The translations under genes and the position numbers were made by a program. Of a DNA stretch of 64,000 nt, positions 1 to 9,648 are shown in pieces. Positions within the stretch are counted from its first letter, which is position 1. Every line of letters begins with the position of its first letter. The notes under the pieces were generated by a model, which saw only the letters and a program-made list of their open reading frames with translations, had not been told where the DNA came from and ran no database searches. The stretch spans positions 198,206 through 262,205 of the forward strand of contig OY970230.1 of the NCBI GenBank assembly GCA_963714095.1, in the 5' to 3' direction. This DNA comes from Candidatus Gottesmanbacteria bacterium. GTDB taxonomy: Bacteria > Patescibacteriota > Microgenomatia > UBA10105 > UBA927.

Positions 1-2
1 TG

Positions 3-605
3 ATCTATCTCGTCCGTCACGGGGAAACGGAATGGAACGTGAAAAGAGTAATGCAGGGAAAGACAGACATCCGCTTAAACGCTTTAGGACGGAAACAAGC
101 TAGAACTGTAGCAATCACCCTTAAAAATATTCACTTTGATGCATTTTATTCTTCGCCTCTTACCCGCACGATGGAAACAGCAAAAATAATTAACAAATTT
201 CACCATCTATCAATAATTACTGACAGTGATCTGCAGGAAAGAAACTTTGGTAGCCTTGAGGGTAAGTCCTACGAAGAAGTAAATAGGTTTCATCCGGGTC
301 TCATATTTAGTGAAATATGGAATTATCCGAACTTTAGGCCACCGGATGGTGAAAGCGCGTCGGACGTACTCAAACGGGCGAAGCGATTTTCAGTTAAAAT
401 CTTACGGATTCATAAGGGCCAACATGTTCTTGTTGTTTCACACGGAGACGTGCTTCGCTCTATTATCGGATCTTTTATGAACATCCACCCTAAATATTTT
501 TTAGATGTGTATGTAGGAAACACCGGTTTAACCGTACTGGAAACATCAGGCAAAGGTGAACCAACATTACATGTCATGAATTATAAAACTCCAATAAATC
601 ATTAG
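3..605 (+). CDS. Histidine phosphatase family protein (phosphoglycerate-mutase-like). 5' end lies outside the window; frame is open from nt 3 (LIYLVRHGETEWN...).
   Basis: The RHGE catalytic motif is in frame at the window start, and VSHGDV occurs later in the protein. Both are hallmarks of the histidine phosphatase superfamily. Confidence 0.7.
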   Translation: MYLVRHGETEWNVKRVMQGKTDIRLNALGRKQARTVAITLKNIHFDAFYSSPLTRTMETAKIINKFHHLSIITDSDLQERNFGSLEGKSYEEVNRFHPGLIFSEIWNYPNFRPPDGESASDVLKRAKRFSVKILRIHKGQHVLVVSHGDVLRSIIGSFMNIHPKYFLDVYVGNTGLTVLETSGKGEPTLHVMNYKTPINH

Positions 606-1075
606 AGCGTGTAATCTTTGGAGAACTGGCTTTTGGCGCCGGAGGTGTCGGTAAATTCCAGATTCAGCGTTACTTTTGAAACTCCGGGGTCGGGTGTGCA
701 GACATTCCTTGAGCAGGTGCCCAGATAGATTTCCTGGCTGATGGCGTCCTTTCCGGTCACGTCCATCGGCTTACTTCCGCTCGTTACGCCTTTCACAAGC
801 CCGTTACTGTCATAGGTAAGCTCATAGGCAATGCTGGCCATTTTGCTGCCCATTCCCTTCACACTGATGTCGACGGTGTTGGCAGCAGTCGCACTTTTGG
901 TAAAATCAACGCTGATGGACGCGTCAACCGAAGGAACCGGGGTAGTGGTAATATCCGTCGTCGTTTGAGTCGTCGCGGGCGGCGTACCGGAAAAAACCGC
1001 TTTATACACAACAAATCCCGTAACCAAAAGTAAAACTACTAAAACGCTGATAATAATTCTGATCTTTTTGCTCAT
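602..1075 (-). CDS. Small membrane-anchored protein with a Thr-rich linker
   Basis: N-terminal hydrophobic anchor (IIISVLVVLLLVTGFVVY) is followed by a TPPATTQTTTDITTTPVPS linker. No recognisable enzymatic motif. Confidence 0.5.
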   Translation of the reverse strand: MSKKIRIIISVLVVLLLVTGFVVYKAVFSGTPPATTQTTTDITTTPVPSVDASISVDFTKSATAANTVDISVKGMGSKMASIAYELTYDSNGLVKGVTSGSKPMDVTGKDAISQEIYLGTCSRNVCTPDPGVSKVTLNLEFTDTSGAKSQFSKDYTL

Positions 1076-1084
1076 ATTTCCAGC

Positions 1085-2371
1085 TTACCCGTTTCCCAAT
1101 TTTTCGTCAATATAGGCCGCGAGTTTACTGATATTGACGCGGTCCTGGCGAGTCGTGTCGCGGTCACGCACCGTTACCGTATCATCCTCCAGGGTTGTGT
1201 AGTCGACTGTAATGCACCATGGTGTGCCGGCTTCATCCTGCGCCAGATACCGCTTGCCGATGTTCCCGCGGTCATCCCACGCAGTCAGAAAGCGCGTTTT
1301 GATGCTGTCATAGACAGTTTTAGCCGTACGAACGAGCTCAGGTTTGTTGGCAACCAGCGGGAATACGGCGGCCTTTTTTGGAGCCAACCGCGGATCAAGT
1401 TTCAGGACAATCCGCTTTTCCTCCTGAACATACGCCTCCAGTAGGAAAAACAACGCAGCACGGTCAACGCCTCCGGATGTTTCGATAACCCACGGCGTAT
1501 ATTCTACGCCTGCGATATCATCTCTGTATTTCAGCTTATGATTCCCCAAATCAAAATCGCCGCGGTGATGGATTCCCTCAAATTCGCTCCATCCGAACGG
1601 CGCATTATATTCAATATCCGTTGCGCGCCGTGCATAGTGCGCCCGCTCATCGTCCCGGTGATCCCGAAACCGCAGATGTGAAACATCCATACCCAGTGAC
1701 GTATACCATTTGATACGCGCTTCTTTCCAGTACTCAAACCATTTATCCCCTTCCGTATCGTCGGGTTTGACAAAAAACTCCAACTCCATCTGTTCAAACT
1801 CCCGTGAGCGGAAGGTAAAATTCCCCGGGGTTATTTCATTCCTAAATGCTTTTCCGATTTGGGCAATACCAAAGGGAATTTTTATACGGGTTGAATCAAC
1901 GACATTTCTGAAATTTACGAAAACCCCCTGTGTGATTTCTCCGCGAAGATACACTTTCTCTTTTGGCTCAGTAACACCCAAGTAAACTTCCGTCAGAAGA
2001 TTAAACTGTTTTGGCTGCGTCCATTCTATTTTCTCTTTATGCTCCTTCTGGTGATCTGTAAGGAGCTCCTGTTTATCAGCACGGAACCGCTTATGGCAAA
2101 TTTTACATTCAACTAAGGGATCGGCAAACGCTTTCGTGTGGCCTGAAGCTTCCCAGACGACAGGGTTCATGATGATGGCGGCATCCATGCCCACGACGTC
2201 ATCGCGCAGCTGCACCATCGTGCGCCACCACTCGTTTTTGATATTCTTTTTCAGTTCCACACCTAAGGGGCCGTAATCCCAGAACCCGGTAATGCCTCCG
2301 TAAATCTCACTGCCCGGATAAATAAATCCGCGGCGTTTGGCAAGAGCTACAATGCTGTCCAGACTGGTCAT
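1085..2371 (-). CDS. glyQS: Glycine--tRNA ligase, dimeric alpha2 (GlyQS) type
   Basis: The N-terminus (RRGFIYPGSEIYGGITGFWDYGPLG) and the overall 428-aa class II aaRS architecture match alpha2 GlyRS. Confidence 0.9.
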   Translation of the reverse strand: MTSLDSIVALAKRRGFIYPGSEIYGGITGFWDYGPLGVELKKNIKNEWWRTMVQLRDDVVGMDAAIIMNPVVWEASGHTKAFADPLVECKICHKRFRADKQELLTDHQKEHKEKIEWTQPKQFNLLTEVYLGVTEPKEKVYLRGEITQGVFVNFRNVVDSTRIKIPFGIAQIGKAFRNEITPGNFTFRSREFEQMELEFFVKPDDTEGDKWFEYWKEARIKWYTSLGMDVSHLRFRDHRDDERAHYARRATDIEYNAPFGWSEFEGIHHRGDFDLGNHKLKYRDDIAGVEYTPWVIETSGGVDRAALFFLLEAYVQEEKRIVLKLDPRLAPKKAAVFPLVANKPELVRTAKTVYDSIKTRFLTAWDDRGNIGKRYLAQDEAGTPWCITVDYTTLEDDTVTVRDRDTTRQDRVNISKLAAYIDEKLGNG

Positions 2372-2383
2372 AGTGAAATTGTA

Positions 2384-2944
2384 TCAAATGTTGAAGTGGG
2401 ACACCAGCCGCACGGTTTTAAGCCGCCGTTCCAACAACTGTTCAACATAGGAATCCAATGATCCTGTCGGGGGCCTGCGTCCCCGTTCCAAATATCCAAG
2501 CTCGCGAAGGAGGGCCGCGGCAAAACGCTCCCGAAGTACATCAATACGTTCACCTTTCACGGAGGAAAGAGCGGCAAGAGCATCGCAAAGAAGCAAAAAG
2601 ACATCTTCGTGCGCCTGCCCGGCTGGAAGTAATCCGTCAATAAGTTCGCACAGATAATAGGCGGCGCCGATGCGATGAAGATCCGACCGTACTCCTTGGT
2701 ATGAAGCAATCGGCGATACTTCCGTCAGGGTTTCCATCCCGCTTCCTATGTGGATCGTCGCAATAACGCGGTTAAATATCTCAATATGAGGTCCGCGTTT
2801 ACTGGATATTTTGCGTACCCCTTTTGCAAGCCACCGCATTTTGCCGGATTGTCTGGTAAATACCGTCAGAATTCTGTCTGCCTCGCCAACATTGTGTCGT
2901 TTGAGAATAACGCCTTCGACCGTATACACACGCGGAGGCGGCAT
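2384..2944 (-). CDS. recO: DNA repair protein RecO, short form (186 aa)
   Basis: The N-terminal OB-fold signature (EGVILKRHNVGEADRILTVFTRQSGK...AKGVRK) is typical of RecO. The protein is shorter than canonical RecO. Confidence 0.65.
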   Translation of the reverse strand: MPPPRVYTVEGVILKRHNVGEADRILTVFTRQSGKMRWLAKGVRKISSKRGPHIEIFNRVIATIHIGSGMETLTEVSPIASYQGVRSDLHRIGAAYYLCELIDGLLPAGQAHEDVFLLLCDALAALSSVKGERIDVLRERFAAALLRELGYLERGRRPPTGSLDSYVEQLLERRLKTVRLVSHFNI

Positions 2945-2945
2945 G

Positions 2946-4940
2946 TTAGAAGGTAAATTCTGTATCAGACAGGAGGGTTGTATTCACTTTTTCGTTCCCG
3001 TTTAGCTTCAGTATAAAATTCTGATCAGATGAACCGGACTGGCGCTGGACTAGGAGGTGATATTTTCCGTCAGTTTCTTTGACCGGCGACGAATACGTGA
3101 GTGTCAGTTGCGCAACACCCAACGGGTTCACGGTAAGGAAACCCTGGAACATCGTCTTTCCCAAACTCGACGCGGTGGTCATGGGTGTCGCCTTCCCGTC
3201 TTGCGGTGACTGGGTCCCCTGACTTTGCTTGAGCTGGCTCCCCGCCGGCACATAGATGCGGATCCAATCCCGAAGCGGAGCATTCAGACACAATCCGCCG
3301 CTGGCCAAACCGCAATCGCTGCCCGGATACGGATTTTTGTAGTCAATCGTGAGATTGGTCGTCATCGTGCCATCACCGTTCACCGTTGTATCTTTTGTGA
3401 TCTTTTCCGAAACGAACATATTGGATTTGGCGCCGCCCATGTTCGCTTCGTTAATCGTAAGATAATCCCACCCCTGCCCTTCCTTATACTTCAATATTGC
3501 GGCACTTTCCGATGCTGTCATAATACGTCCGGCCATATTAAAATTCTCTGCGGCTTTTTGGATTGTGGGGTCAGTAAAATACGTCTGTATATGTTTATCC
3601 GTAATCTCTGTCAAGAGCATCTGGAAGAGGTTTCCCCAATATTTTGACGGGGAAACGCCGAGGGCCATTTGTAACATCTGGCGCATCAGCTCACCGATTT
3701 CGCCTTTCCGGTCAGTACGGACATAATTAACCGGCCTCGAAGAATAATCCTCAAGCTCGTAAATCGCCTCAGCACAATTGCAGCGGGGATCAATAGCCGC
3801 ACTAAATACTCTCCCGCTTGCGTTGATGGGGCCCAATATTTTGAGCGCATCTACGAGTACATGCGTATCCATGGTGATAATACCGTCTATGTTGTGTTCT
3901 GTCCCGGACGTATTATCGTACATTGACTGAAATTGCTGCATGGAAATTTTAAAATCCGGTGATAAATTCGAATCCCGGATATTTAAATTGTAAACACCCG
4001 GCAAATACGCAAGAATTTCCGGTGGTGCAGGATATTTTTTGGTAAGCGCTGCATCGAGAGAATAAATATCATCGGATTTCTCCAGAATTGCTTTTCCGCC
4101 GACGAACCGAAACTGCGCATATGATGTCATGAATCCACCTGTCGGCCGCAGCTCCTTGTCATTTTGGAAAATCACCAGGTACCGCTTTTCCGCAGGATAC
4201 CCCAGAATTTTCGGCAGATTAGTAAGGAGGGGCTGGGCGTTCACAAACAAGTTCGCGGCATTTTCTATAACCTCCTTGGCTCCGACCAGCTGAGGCCGTA
4301 TAGAAGTTTTGCCGATGTGATCCGGATAGCGGTTGGGGTCGATATAATCAATTTCTTTCCGTAACGTATCGATACTCGACGCCATGGTGTTGATTTTCGG
4401 AACCAAGGCGTTCATGGTTTTGACTGCAGTCTGGATCCGGTCGTCTGCCGTTCCCGAAACGAAATTACTTTTACCCTTGAGTCCTAAAAGATCAGCGTTC
4501 GGTTCCAAAGCAGCGACAGCCGCGTCCCCCGCATCAAGCCCCGCAAATCCGGCTTTTATGGCATGATCGCCGTCTGAGATATACGCGCCTAAAAACGGAA
4601 CATGTTCCAAAGGAAGTACTTTGTTATATTCGTCTCGAAGTGCAGTCAGGCTCGTCCTCGTTGCCGCGAGCCCTTCTTTGGTTTTGACAATGTCCTGTTT
4701 TTTAATCGCCGCGCCAGTCTCACGAGCGGCGGCAATGACGGCCGGTGCTTTGGAAATCACTCCGCGCAGCGGTAAAAGCATAATGCCGATAATGACAAAA
4801 ATAAGGACAAGGATTCCCAAAGGAATAGCGATAATTTTCCACGGAAATGATTTTTTTGTATGCATAGGTGGCGGTACTATCGGCATCACCCGCGGAGCAG
4901 GTGTCGTCGGTAAATTAATTTTTTTCAGTTCCTCGGGCAT
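2946..4940 (-). CDS. Membrane-anchored extracytoplasmic protein of unknown function (664 aa), possibly DUF4012-like
   Basis: Pro-rich cytoplasmic N-terminus, a single TM (IIAIPLGILVLIFVIIGIMLL), then a large hydrophilic domain. The family assignment is from memory only. Confidence 0.55.
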   Translation of the reverse strand: MPEELKKINLPTTPAPRVMPIVPPPMHTKKSFPWKIIAIPLGILVLIFVIIGIMLLPLRGVISKAPAVIAAARETGAAIKKQDIVKTKEGLAATRTSLTALRDEYNKVLPLEHVPFLGAYISDGDHAIKAGFAGLDAGDAAVAALEPNADLLGLKGKSNFVSGTADDRIQTAVKTMNALVPKINTMASSIDTLRKEIDYIDPNRYPDHIGKTSIRPQLVGAKEVIENAANLFVNAQPLLTNLPKILGYPAEKRYLVIFQNDKELRPTGGFMTSYAQFRFVGGKAILEKSDDIYSLDAALTKKYPAPPEILAYLPGVYNLNIRDSNLSPDFKISMQQFQSMYDNTSGTEHNIDGIITMDTHVLVDALKILGPINASGRVFSAAIDPRCNCAEAIYELEDYSSRPVNYVRTDRKGEIGELMRQMLQMALGVSPSKYWGNLFQMLLTEITDKHIQTYFTDPTIQKAAENFNMAGRIMTASESAAILKYKEGQGWDYLTINEANMGGAKSNMFVSEKITKDTTVNGDGTMTTNLTIDYKNPYPGSDCGLASGGLCLNAPLRDWIRIYVPAGSQLKQSQGTQSPQDGKATPMTTASSLGKTMFQGFLTVNPLGVAQLTLTYSSPVKETDGKYHLLVQRQSGSSDQNFILKLNGNEKVNTTLLSDTEFTF

Positions 4941-4995
4941 GTTCTTTATTGTCTCGTATTTGCCAGGTACTTGTCAATGGACCGCGGACGGAAGA

Positions 4996-5634
4996 CTAGA
5001 CTGCGCCTTTACCGGAGATCATTGCCCACGGACTCCTGAAAAGTATGGCGATATCCATGAGCAGTGACCGTTTTTTTACGTAATCCGCATCCATTTTAAT
5101 CCGTTTATCAAAATTCACCTCGCTTCTCCCCGACACCTGCCAATGCCCGGTAATGCCAGGTTTGGCAGACAGCACAATTTTCACTAAATTTTTGGTATGC
5201 GGGTATTTCCGCTGCTGTTCCACGAGTTCGTCCGGATAATACGGACGGGGTCCCACGAGACTCATGTCTCCGCGGATCACATTCACAAGCTGGGGAATTT
5301 CATCAAGAGAATGTTTCCTTATAAACCGTCCCACCCGAGTGACCCGGGGATCATCCAACAGTTTGTAACTATTCCGTTTATATTCGCTGTACAGTTTTGC
5401 CAACTTAGGATCACTCCGGAGCTGTTCATGGGCATTCACGACCATGGAGCGGAATTTAAAGAGTTTAAAGAGTTTCCCGTTTTTTCCGACCCGCTGGGGA
5501 GTATCGGCAAATACCGGACCTTCACTATCCAAAACAATTGCGACGGCTGTAATAAGGCTGATCGGCAGAAACAAAAGGAATATGAATATGCTTCCCACAA
5601 GATCAATGCATCGTTTAATAAACGTGTATATCAT
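4996..5634 (-). CDS. Polyprenyl-phosphate sugar-phosphate transferase, small PglC/WbaP-C-terminal type (initiating transferase)
   Basis: Single N-terminal TM. The KFRSM motif and the [21 protein letters not shown] motif are hallmarks of the 'bacterial sugar transferase' family. Confidence 0.85.
   Translation of the reverse strand: MIYTFIKRCIDLVGSIFIFLLFLPISLITAVAIVLDSEGPVFADTPQRVGKNGKLFKLFKFRSMVVNAHEQLRSDPKLAKLYSEYKRNSYKLLDDPRVTRVGRFIRKHSLDEIPQLVNVIRGDMSLVGPRPYYPDELVEQQRKYPHTKNLVKIVLSAKPGITGHWQVSGRSEVNFDKRIKMDADYVKKRSLLMDIAILFRSPWAMISGKGAV
5455..5475. repeat. Short in-frame tandem repeat (tttaaagag x2 + ttt) inside the sugar-transferase gene
   Basis: Direct 9-bp tandem duplication. It encodes KLFKLFKF immediately before the conserved KFRSM motif. 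Confidence 0.5.
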
Positions 5635-5646
5635 ACGTTGAACCCC

Positions 5647-6729
5647 TCAGGTAAGATGCTCGTTTTGGGTACCCTTTAAACTTTCAACGAGTTTTTTAAT
5701 TTTCGGAACGGAGGATTTGTTGCAGACCAGAATCACATCGTTTGTTGCAACGATAAGGGCATCCTTCACGTCTATCGTCGTCACCAGCTGATCCGTGTAA
5801 TTATAGACCAATGAATCTTCCGTGTCCGTCAGGAGCACTTTTCCCTCCGTTACGTTTTTATCCGCAGCCTCCTCAAGCGCTTCTTTTAATGCTTCCCACG
5901 CCCCGATATCACTCCATCCGATATCCTCAGAAATAACATAGGCAGTAGACGGATTCAGATTTTCCAGAATCAGATTATCAAAACTGTTTTTTTCCAATGT
6001 AGGATAGACGCTGGCAAGCGTTTCCTCGAACCGATCTGTATGCCAGCTCTCGGAAATACGGGAAAGTCCCGCATATATATTCGGTGCAAACTGTTTATAT
6101 TGCGACCATAAAAATTGCGGCGTGGTGACAAAGTATCCTAGATTCCAAGCATGATGATCACTTTCAAAGTACCGTTTCGCTGTTTTTGCGTCAGGCCGGT
6201 ATTGACAGTCAACAAACGAATAAATTGGAATTTCGTTGGCGGTCATCATTCTTTTACCGTACTCAATCCACCCCAAATTTTCACTGGCAAACCGTGGTTT
6301 TTGCGCAACAAACACTATCCTGTTGGAATCTTTTTTTACAATTTCTCCTGCAGCAACAAGAATTTTCCGGAACAGTGCTTCCTTTTTTACCAAATGATCG
6401 CTCCACACAATGACCATAGGCTCCAGAGGAAAATCCCGGACAAGGAGTGACGTAATCAAACCAACCGCAGGCCCGACATCCCGCATCTCCGGCTCGCCTA
6501 TCACGTGATCAGGCGGCAATTCCCCTAATTGTTTTTGGACGATCGCAACATACGGCGCGCCCGTGGAAACATAGATGTCCTTCCATGAAAAGTCCGGCAG
6601 CAATCTGTTGGCTGCCAGCTGCAAGGTTGAGGAACTTCCTATAATTTTTTCAAACTGTTTCGGAGATTTTTTCCGGGAAAGCGGCCATAACCGCGTTCCC
6701 ACTCCTCCTGCAAAAATGACTGCTTTCAT
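5647..6729 (-). CDS. manC: Mannose-1-phosphate guanylyltransferase (GDP-mannose pyrophosphorylase)
   Basis: N-terminal MKAVIFAGGVGTRLWPLSRKKSPKQF nucleotidyltransferase motif. About 360 aa, lacking the isomerase domain. Confidence 0.75.
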   Translation of the reverse strand: MKAVIFAGGVGTRLWPLSRKKSPKQFEKIIGSSSTLQLAANRLLPDFSWKDIYVSTGAPYVAIVQKQLGELPPDHVIGEPEMRDVGPAVGLITSLLVRDFPLEPMVIVWSDHLVKKEALFRKILVAAGEIVKKDSNRIVFVAQKPRFASENLGWIEYGKRMMTANEIPIYSFVDCQYRPDAKTAKRYFESDHHAWNLGYFVTTPQFLWSQYKQFAPNIYAGLSRISESWHTDRFEETLASVYPTLEKNSFDNLILENLNPSTAYVISEDIGWSDIGAWEALKEALEEAADKNVTEGKVLLTDTEDSLVYNYTDQLVTTIDVKDALIVATNDVILVCNKSSVPKIKKLVESLKGTQNEHLT

Positions 6730-7817
6730 TGTATTTTTGTGGCGAGTCTTTCAACCGTGACCCGCATTTCTTTTTTAAATCTTTCTATACCAAAACGTTC
6801 TGCGTTAGCTCTGCATGAACCGCTATCATACCACCCTTTGTTAAATATATGCAAAGCGCGGATCAACGATTCTTTTGTCTGTGCATCAAACAAAATTCCT
6901 GTTTTCCCTTCGATCACAGTTTCCGCCATGCCGCTCTGTCGATAACAGATAACCGGCTTACCGCACGATTGTGCTTCAAGAGCGATTAAACCAAAATCCT
7001 CATCGCCTGCGAACACAAAAGCACGGCACCTTTGATAATAGGCAACAAGATCTGCGTCTGTCAAATAACGCGTAATAAAAGTGATATTATTTTTTGCCCT
7101 CCTCTGCAACACCCGATTGCCCAATCCGCTCCCGATAATTATGAGCGGCCAGCCAAGCTCGTTAAACGCATCAATGACGAGATCTATGCGCTTGTATGGG
7201 ACAAAGCGGGATACCAAAAGAAAATAATTTTCCTTATTCTTTGCAATTCTAAATGTATTCGTATCTATCGGAGGATAAATCACCGTATCGACGTTGCGAT
7301 GATAATATTTCTTTATACGATCCGCGACGTGGCTCGAAATAGTAATGTAATAATCAGGCCGGGAAGAGGCAATTAAATCCCACCGCTTCAGGGTTGGTGT
7401 AAACATTTTCAACATACGTGCGGATACATAATCGGCCCGTTCCATATAGGTCGAATTTCCGCTCCATAAATACCGTGTCGGCGTAAGGCAATAGCAAATA
7501 TGGACGGTGCCCGGCTTGGTAATGATGTTTTTGGCTTCGGCAGACGTCACTGATAGAACCACATCGTACGCGTCAAAAGAAAATGACTCAAACGCCATAG
7601 GGGTAAGCCACGGAAACAGTTCGTGATGCCTTTTTGCAAACGGCACATGCTGCAGAAACGAAGTGTGAACGTCAAAAACGTCTGCCCATGACGCACGGCG
7701 CGGATCATAGACTGCGGTAAAAAGAGGCGCGTCCGGCCAAATCTCATGAAGAGCGAGTAAGACTCGTTCCGCCCCGCCCCATTTATTAACCCGGTCGTAC
7801 ACCAGTGCAATTTTCAT
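6726..7817 (-). CDS. Glycosyltransferase family 4 (GT-B fold)
   Basis: C-terminal domain carries the EX7E-type motif (FAGDEDFGLIALEAQSCGKPVI). ATGA overlap with the upstream manC. Confidence 0.8.
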   Translation of the reverse strand: MKIALVYDRVNKWGGAERVLLALHEIWPDAPLFTAVYDPRRASWADVFDVHTSFLQHVPFAKRHHELFPWLTPMAFESFSFDAYDVVLSVTSAEAKNIITKPGTVHICYCLTPTRYLWSGNSTYMERADYVSARMLKMFTPTLKRWDLIASSRPDYYITISSHVADRIKKYYHRNVDTVIYPPIDTNTFRIAKNKENYFLLVSRFVPYKRIDLVIDAFNELGWPLIIIGSGLGNRVLQRRAKNNITFITRYLTDADLVAYYQRCRAFVFAGDEDFGLIALEAQSCGKPVICYRQSGMAETVIEGKTGILFDAQTKESLIRALHIFNKGWYDSGSCRANAERFGIERFKKEMRVTVERLATKIQ

Positions 7818-8271
7818 ATATTTTTAACGTATCACTCGCCATTTTGTGCCAGGAATATTTTTTCACAATACTTGAATCAACTGGTGGTCTTTTTTTTGCT
7901 GCACGGGTCAAAATTTTTGCAAGATCCTCTGCGCTGTGCGGATCAAAATAGATTGCACAGTTCCCGAGTATCTCATGAAACACAGGAATGTCGCTTACTA
8001 TCACGGGACAATTATTTGCAAGAGCTTCAAGGGCCGGAAGACCGAACCCTTCCATAAGCGAAGGAAACACGAGCGCCTGGGCATTTTTATATAACTCTGA
8101 AAGTTCTACGTCGGTTACGGTTTTGGGTTGTACCCCTAATCGTTTATAGAAAAAATCATCGTTCCCGACAAAAACAACCCGTACACCGGCCTTCAATGCA
8201 GCGCGCATAAGTAACTCCACATTCTTATGCGGGTATGCATTCCCCACGTATAAAAAATAGTTATCCTTCAT
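7786..8271 (-). CDS. GT4 glycosyltransferase, C-terminal (donor-binding) domain only
   Basis: YFLYVGNAYPHKN...FPSLMEGFGLPALEALANNCPVI is the GT4 C-domain motif. The ORF starts 11 nt inside the end of the preceding N-domain ORF, in another frame. Confidence 0.6.
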   Translation of the reverse strand: MKDNYFLYVGNAYPHKNVELLMRAALKAGVRVVFVGNDDFFYKRLGVQPKTVTDVELSELYKNAQALVFPSLMEGFGLPALEALANNCPVIVSDIPVFHEILGNCAIYFDPHSAEDLAKILTRAAKKRPPVDSSIVKKYSWHKMASDTLKIYENCTGVRPG

Positions 8272-8782
8272 AAATAACTTCTATCTGCTCGGACAACACA
8301 TCAAAATGATCAAGAATTTCTTTTTTCGTACTTTCCGAAACGGCAATTATTTTTTCGCTCCAGAAAATTGCTTTTAACAGAGAAATATAATATCCCAGGC
8401 GGCGGATTTTGTAGAAAACATACGACAGCGTCGTTGCTTTTCCTGTGTCAAAATGCAAAATCGTCAGGTCGTGGATGGTCACGATACATTTTCCGAAATA
8501 GAAAAGCGGGACATTAAAATAGGGAACATGCAAAAGATCGAGATGCTCACTGTTAAAAATCGCCGGCATGAACAGCTGTTCAGTGACACTATGCCATGGA
8601 ATGTCCGCTAACCGTTTCGTCCATCTGGCATTAGGCAATGCAAACGAATCAAACGCAGATTTCCGTAAAAAAACCACGTAGGAATTTTTATCATCAATCT
8701 TCCCCAATTCTGCAATAAGATTGCGGACATATCGTCCGACGCCGGTCTCGTTTACAAGACGTGCATCTATGCCTATCTTCAT
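8261..8782 (-). CDS. GT4 glycosyltransferase, N-terminal (acceptor) domain only
   Basis: MKIGIDARLVNETGVGRYVRNL... ends at VIYEG exactly at the GT-B interdomain linker. It is a paralog of the N-termini at 17765..18325 and 16635..17768. Confidence 0.6.
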   Translation of the reverse strand: MKIGIDARLVNETGVGRYVRNLIAELGKIDDKNSYVVFLRKSAFDSFALPNARWTKRLADIPWHSVTEQLFMPAIFNSEHLDLLHVPYFNVPLFYFGKCIVTIHDLTILHFDTGKATTLSYVFYKIRRLGYYISLLKAIFWSEKIIAVSESTKKEILDHFDVLSEQIEVIYEG

Positions 8783-9648
8783 ATAGAAAATTGTTTTAAG
8801 AAAAATAACCGCATCGAATAAAATAGATTAATGACGAGAGATACAACCGGTCCGTATTTTTTCGCATAATGTTTTTTGTAAAACAGCCAGTTATACTCAT
8901 GAAAATAAATCTCGGTTATAACCGCCCGCGAACGAAGAGCACTGCTTCTTCCGCTCTGCTTCTTCTTATGAAGGACTATCGCCTCCGGATTAAACCACAC
9001 TTCCCAACCCTTCTGTTTAAACCGGTACGCCCAATCGATATCCTCAGCATACATAAAATAATCTTCATCAAGGAGACCCACCTCATGTATTGCCTCACTC
9101 CTAGCAAAGAAAAATGCACCGCTCACGCAGTCCACCTGATGGGGAATCGTGATATTTTTGTACCCCATGTGATACTGCCCGAAGATGCGCGACTCTGGGA
9201 ATAATTTTTCAAGACCAATCATATACGTGAAAGCTGCCCACGGCGTCGGGAATCCCCTGTGGCACGCCGGATCCATCTTTCCGTTTGCCAATTCCAGCCG
9301 GCAGGTGGCAGCCCCCGCCTTCAGGTGCCCGTCCATAAACCGCAGCATCGCGCCGATGGAGCCCTCCCGGATCTCCGTATCTGAATTTAACAGTAAAATA
9401 TATTTTCCTTTGGCAATTTTTATCCCTTTGTTATTCGCTTTGGCAAACCCTAAATTCTTCGTGTTCAAAATGAGCCGTATGTCGGGAATCTTTTTGAATA
9501 GTTCCGTGCTTCCGTCGGACGACCCGTTATCTACCACGATAATTTCCAACACTACTCCTTCCGACCACTTCCGTATCGAGTCCAGACATGCCTTCGTCAT
9601 GTCTTTTGTGTTGTAATTGACAATAATAATGGAAAGCTCAGTGTTCAT
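8779..9648 (-). CDS. Glycosyltransferase family 2 (GT-A)
   Basis: LSIIIVNYNT...EIIVVDNGSSDGS, with DXD-type context. ATGA overlap with the downstream gene. Confidence 0.8.
   Translation of the reverse strand: MNTELSIIIVNYNTKDMTKACLDSIRKWSEGVVLEIIVVDNGSSDGSTELFKKIPDIRLILNTKNLGFAKANNKGIKIAKGKYILLLNSDTEIREGSIGAMLRFMDGHLKAGAATCRLELANGKMDPACHRGFPTPWAAFTYMIGLEKLFPESRIFGQYHMGYKNITIPHQVDCVSGAFFFARSEAIHEVGLLDEDYFMYAEDIDWAYRFKQKGWEVWFNPEAIVLHKKKQSGRSSALRSRAVITEIYFHEYNWLFYKKHYAKKYGPVVSLVINLFYSMRLFFLKQFSI

Noticed and set aside
1531-1985. Overlapping ORFs 1531..1797 (-) and 1710..1985 (+) inside glyQS
   Set aside because: They lie in alternative frames or antisense within a well-supported conserved gene and have no motif. 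The same applies to the many 60–160-aa antisense or alternate-frame ORFs throughout the track, for example 3225..3647, 4621..5067, 5197..5679, 9617..10129, 12322..12879, 16629..17183, 25353..25802, 32051..32530, 41924..42403, 48546..48947 and 61837..62184.
4941-4995. Perfect TTGACA hexamer (4977..4972, minus strand) upstream of the 664-aa protein gene
   Set aside because: No acceptable -10 element at 16–19 bp spacing. This is probably read-through from the upstream sugar-transferase gene, so it is not called as a promoter.
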